From Octopus bimaculoides (lineage: Eukaryota): DNA of 64,000 nt. The stretch covers positions 70,150,560 through 70,214,559 of the forward strand of contig NC_068990.1 of assembly GCF_001194135.2 (NCBI RefSeq), in the 5' to 3' direction. How positions within the stretch are numbered: the stretch's first letter is position 1; each line of letters begins with the position of its first letter. A model generated the notes under the pieces. The model was not told the DNA's origin, searched no databases, and worked only from the letters and a program-made list of their open reading frames with translations. Below are positions 59,059 to 64,000 of this stretch, in pieces. A program made the position numbers and the translations under genes.

Positions 59059-62000
59059 ATCAATTTTATTGATTTGGTTGAAACAAATTAAAAAACCAAT
59101 GACATAACTGATCTAACAGTCCTGTGGCCCCATTTCCCTAATTACACTATATCTGTGAGAAACTACTGCACACTGCAGCATGCAGTAATAAATCAGATAT
59201 ATAGAGTGCAACAATGTGCCAATTAGGAACGTATTGCACTATGTCCACTGTACAATAACCAATATTAGCAGTGGCCACAGAGGAGGCAGACAATGCAAAG
59301 TAGAACAGAATATGACAGTTGTTCCACTAAATATTCCTCAAGCACAATATTTTAGATTAGCCAGACTGGATATTGCAACTATTTCTGTTTCTATTTTGTT
59401 GACTAAAACAAGCTGAAGAACTAATGAACTTTAATGTCTGACCTACTAATTAACAAGATACTAGAGCAGTATATCAATTTCTTCATTTACTGAAAAAAAA
59501 GTTAGAACTTATAATTTTTTATCAATGATGGTGACGTGCAGAGAGAACCAAAAGTATGAAAATAAATTACTGTTAAAATCAATATATTTGTATGAAGGTC
59601 AATTATCAACTGTGACAAAAATTGTACTCTTCCTTACTTTCAACTATGAAGACAATGTGATATCACAATACAGACGTGTGTGGTTTGAATTTCTATGAAA
59701 TAAATACTTGATTGAACCAGTTAAGATTATTGATGTGAACATAGATACATGAAATGAAGCAGATGAAGTGAATAATGAATTCAATAAATTACAATTGGTC
59801 ACTGGTCAGTGCATAAATATACACATATGCATACACCTTTCAATATACAATACATCTGGTGCTTCATACACACACTGAAATTTGAAGAGCAAAAATCAAC
59901 TTCCCATCATTCTAATACTGACTACCAATAGTTGTCAATATGATTGAGGGGAAAAATATTCCAAAAGATTATTCTGTATATTTAATAGAAATACAACAGG
60001 GTCACAAATGGAAAATATAGTAAGCCGAAAAACTGATTAAGACTATCAAAGCAATTAGCAGGCAAAAACTCCCTCTGGGCGATAAAATCAATTGAATTCA
60101 GATTGGAGTATATCTGGTTAAAGATTGAATCCTTGTCCATTGCTTTCAGTTATCTTCAGAGGCCAGATCCCTACATACTGTATTGTAGACAATAGATCAT
60201 AGGTACCAACAATTTTAATCAACTGACCATCCTGTAGTTATCCCCTTGCTTTTTAGATTTTAAAACAGTTTTTGCTTACTAATTGCAAGGATAATCTCTG
60301 TTGTTCAAAATCTTTCAACTCACAATTCCATATTTCCTTCACAACCACAGTGGAAGTGAAGTAGGATTGCCATTATTATGTCAATGAAGTTATTTGTAGT
60401 CGACAACATAATTAACAACCACAGAGAGGAAATCACTAAAATTGGATGAGGTCATTGCTACCAGTAAATTGCTTGCTCCACTTTGGAGAGTATAGTCATT
60501 CAGTGAAAGGGCAGGGCTAATATCATTCACATTATTTTGAGATGACGAAACTGTAGCCCAGCCCAATACTCCACAGGTTTTAAGATAGAGAATGCAACAG
60601 AAAAATATCCAATATTTTACACAACTATTGATGAGGCACTAGTGAAGTAAGCTAGACAATAACAGTATTTTCATGTAGCTCATGTTTTATGAATTTTTTT
60701 GTTGAAATGCTTATCAAGAATAGTGAATCTGGAGGTGTCTTTTGTTGCACTTTGTATCTCGTGATTACACCTCACTTCTGCTCTTCCTATCATGTTGATT
60801 AACCCCCAATAAAAAGAGTTGATTCATCCAACTATATTTTTTTTTCCCCTAAAATTGTCCAGCTACTCAGTCAAAAGAACTGTTGGTAGGTAAGTATGTT
60901 AAGTACCATAGTATGACAGCAAGTTGTCAAAGAGCAGCTTTCAATTTCCAGTTTTACTTATGCTTACAGTGTCCCACATATACAACAACTTTTCACAGTT
61001 CTGACAGACATTAAAATGCATCAGTAAAACCAAAATCAAAGGAGATTTTGCAGTTGCTTGACTTGCTAACAACAGAAGCCATATCTAAAACCACACTGAA
61101 CAACAGAACAAATGAAATGTCTAATCACAAATTTGTCCAATCAGTCTTGATCTTGGGCTAAACAACGAAGTCCACATGATGGTGAGGATTTGGGGCCTAT
61201 ATTGTTCATGGTCTTAAAAAAGGCTATCAAACTACTAAAATGGGTCTATGAATAGCTCAAACAGCTGGGAATCATAGCAAAAATCCCTTAATAGTCATGA
61301 AAAATCCTAGAAACAGTGTCTGATTGGAAGATGGTTGTAAAGGAAATCTGATTTCTGATTATGGACCTGCTGTTCAATCAGGATTGAACTAAGTGAAACA
61401 AGATAAGCCTTACACTAGCATATGGTGTGGTATTTTAAAATGCTGTTGTATGTCTAGTGTGGTGACGTGTTAAATGACAAAAGAAAAATCAAGAAAATAT
61501 GACACTGCATGTGGTGTGTAATTTAAACAAATTTGGTTAAAATTGTATTAGTGTCTTTAGAGCATGGCGCAGTCCTCTGGCTTGTCAGCTCCTGCCAAAC
61601 TGACCAGCCACTGCCAGAATGGAAAATGGACATTAAATGATAATTCAATATCATTTAGACTTAATTATCCAGTTGCACATGACAACCTAGTTGGAAGTAT
61701 TCAGACGATCTTTGGTTTGAGAATAACTCACAATCTGATTTATTCCTCCAATTTATACCACAAGTGTTGGAGGTAGAGCAATAAGTTTGTAGACAATGGG
61801 CCTTCCTCTTCAAAAATGTAGATAAAAAAAACAAAAAAAAACAGCAACAATTAATGATCTAGTGTGGTAAGAATGAAATATAAGATACACATGCTTCTAA
61901 GAAGTGGACTGTACTTGTAAAATAGCAGTAAGCTGTAACTTGGGTTGTACTCTATAGATTTCTACACTAAATGCATTATTAAAACATTGAACATAAAAAT

Positions 62001-64000
62001 CCTAATGAAAGAAAATTTCTTTTCATAAATGTACACAAACTTCAGAAGCAAGATATTGAAAGAATGTTCCTAACATTGTTTTACTTTCCATAATAACAGC
62101 ACTTAGGCAACAATCAATTTAACAGCTGAAGTCTGTTATTTAACTAGCCACTAACTTACTGTGTGTGGGTGTGTGTATTTACAGTTTGGCTGCGTAAATA
62201 CATATATTTAGCTTTAAATATATGGCTACAAAAACCTTCAGTTTATATTAAGCCATTCATACTTTGTAGGAACTTGTCAAATGACTAGAGAAAGGATATG
62301 ATCAGAGTTAACAAAGAAGAATGAACTTAGGTTTTTGTTAACTTCAGATATTAGAGAGTGAGCATCCAATAACTTGTTTCCCTTGAATGATGGCAGCAAG
62401 GTTGAGAGAGAAATGTTTAAAGTGTTGTAGGTATATTTATGATAGGCTCTCATTTGTAATACAGTAAGTTAATAAACTTTGATCATCTATGTAATTAGAT
62501 ACACACACAACCCCACCACCACCACGAAAAAAATCTATCCACAACCAAAGAAAATAACTAAGATTAATTGATCTGAGTATAATATGAAAGGAACATGATT
62601 TATAGATCAAAAAGTTGATTGGCATGGAATTTACAAACATAAAAAATGTTCGTATTTTAAAATTGGCTATAAAGGTACACTAAAACAGTCACACACAAAT
62701 ACAAGGAAAATGCAGTATAATAATTCACACACTTTCAAGTGATTGAGCAGGTTTTGCTTTCAAATTCAACTGTTTTACTGCTTATTTTGCTAAAAATTCC
62801 CAGCATATGGGAATCATCTTAAAACTTAATCAGCACCTCAGCTTTACAGCCTAGGTTTCATTTCTCAGGCATACAAAGAAACAAATTATTGAACAATAAT
62901 TGAGAATGTTTAAAAGATATTTCAAAAAATATCTTTTTCAAACTACAATGAATTGTATTTCTCACACTATCCATAGGTGATATTAAACTCACTGCACGTG
63001 TCACAAGGTCCCATAACAGTCTTCTGCTTTGAAAGAATTCATATAACTTTATACAAATTTAATATTATTTCATCTGTATTTGCATATGCGTTTCATCAAC
63101 TTCTATTCTTTAGAAGAAATATATATTAATTTGGAGTTTCTATTAAGGATAGATTATTATTTGTTTTTACTTTTGTTTTTCTGTCCTTTTTACAAAGCTT
63201 TGCCAGTTTCCTCAATCTTTATTTTCTGTCTTCAAAGGCACAAAGCTAGCGATCTGTTAAGAGAAATATCACTTGTATCTTACAATTTTCGTAGTAGCAC
63301 AAAAATGTAAACAAACATACATTTGTCTTCATCCACTTTTCATCTAGCAAATCAATTCATAAGGCTTTGGTCAGTCTGGAGCTATAGCAGACACTTGCCC
63401 AAAGTACTGTGCAGCAGAACTGAATCCGAAACTACATTGTTGCAGAGAAGCAAACTTCTTATCCACATAGCTACTCCTGTACTTCAGGCTGTGGTCAGTC
63501 TCGAGTCATAGAAAACAACTGCTCAAGATGTTGTACAAGGAGACTGAACCTGATACCATGTAGTTGGGAAGTGAACTTAACCACACAGCCATTCCTGGTT
63601 AAGTAATTCCATAATATAATCATGATCAGAAACTAGTCTTGTATGATAACCACCAAATACATGCTAAGAATATTGAGAAAACAAGGTTCACGTATGCAAT
63701 GTATGTTCAAAATATGTTAGATCCCTAACTCAATTACAATCTATAACAATAATTTGCAATAAATTTTAGATCATGTATGACCAGGTATGGTATATTTACA
63801 CTATGCCATGTAAATTTTAACCCTACAGTAGTAAACATACTCTTGGTTGAAAATCATGGTTTCAGCTAATCCACTACATAAAACTACACCCCAAATTGCA
63901 ACATGTGGAGCAGCCAGCTACCCCCCCCCCCCAAAAAAAAACATGCATTAGTGATTTATATAGTCAAATTTCAATAAACCATTGCTTCAGTTACAAGTAG

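Overview
AT-rich animal genomic DNA from a draft scaffold with four N gaps. It is almost certainly a coleoid cephalopod, most likely Octopus, judged from the receptor sequence and the repeat families. Two convergent genes are present. On the + strand is an oxytocin/vasopressin-family GPCR matching cephalotocin receptor 2 (CTR2), CDS join(564..1494,3959..4293), 421 aa. On the - strand is a MAP1A/1B/futsch-family microtubule-associated protein with a 99-nt exon (50892..50990), a probable 27-nt microexon (49171..49197) and one ~5.2-kb terminal coding exon (35637..40850). A candidate first coding exon (57239..57269) lies at the edge of a CpG-rich region. The rest is SINEs, RTE/CR1/Jockey-type LINE remnants, a Merlin transposase remnant, TTAA-flanked MITEs and microsatellites. 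The most notable observations are two tandem PAM2-like (PABP-binding) motifs in the MAP1 protein, the MAP1 microexon with a downstream RBFOX motif, a perfect splice donor overlapping the CTR2 stop codon that could add a PDZ-ligand C-terminus, a homogenised 12-aa Ser-Pro repeat in MAP1, and a templated inverted insertion at a young SINE junction. No CRISPR array, rRNA or genuine tRNA gene is supported. All calls were made by eye with no database searches, and repeat boundaries are approximate.
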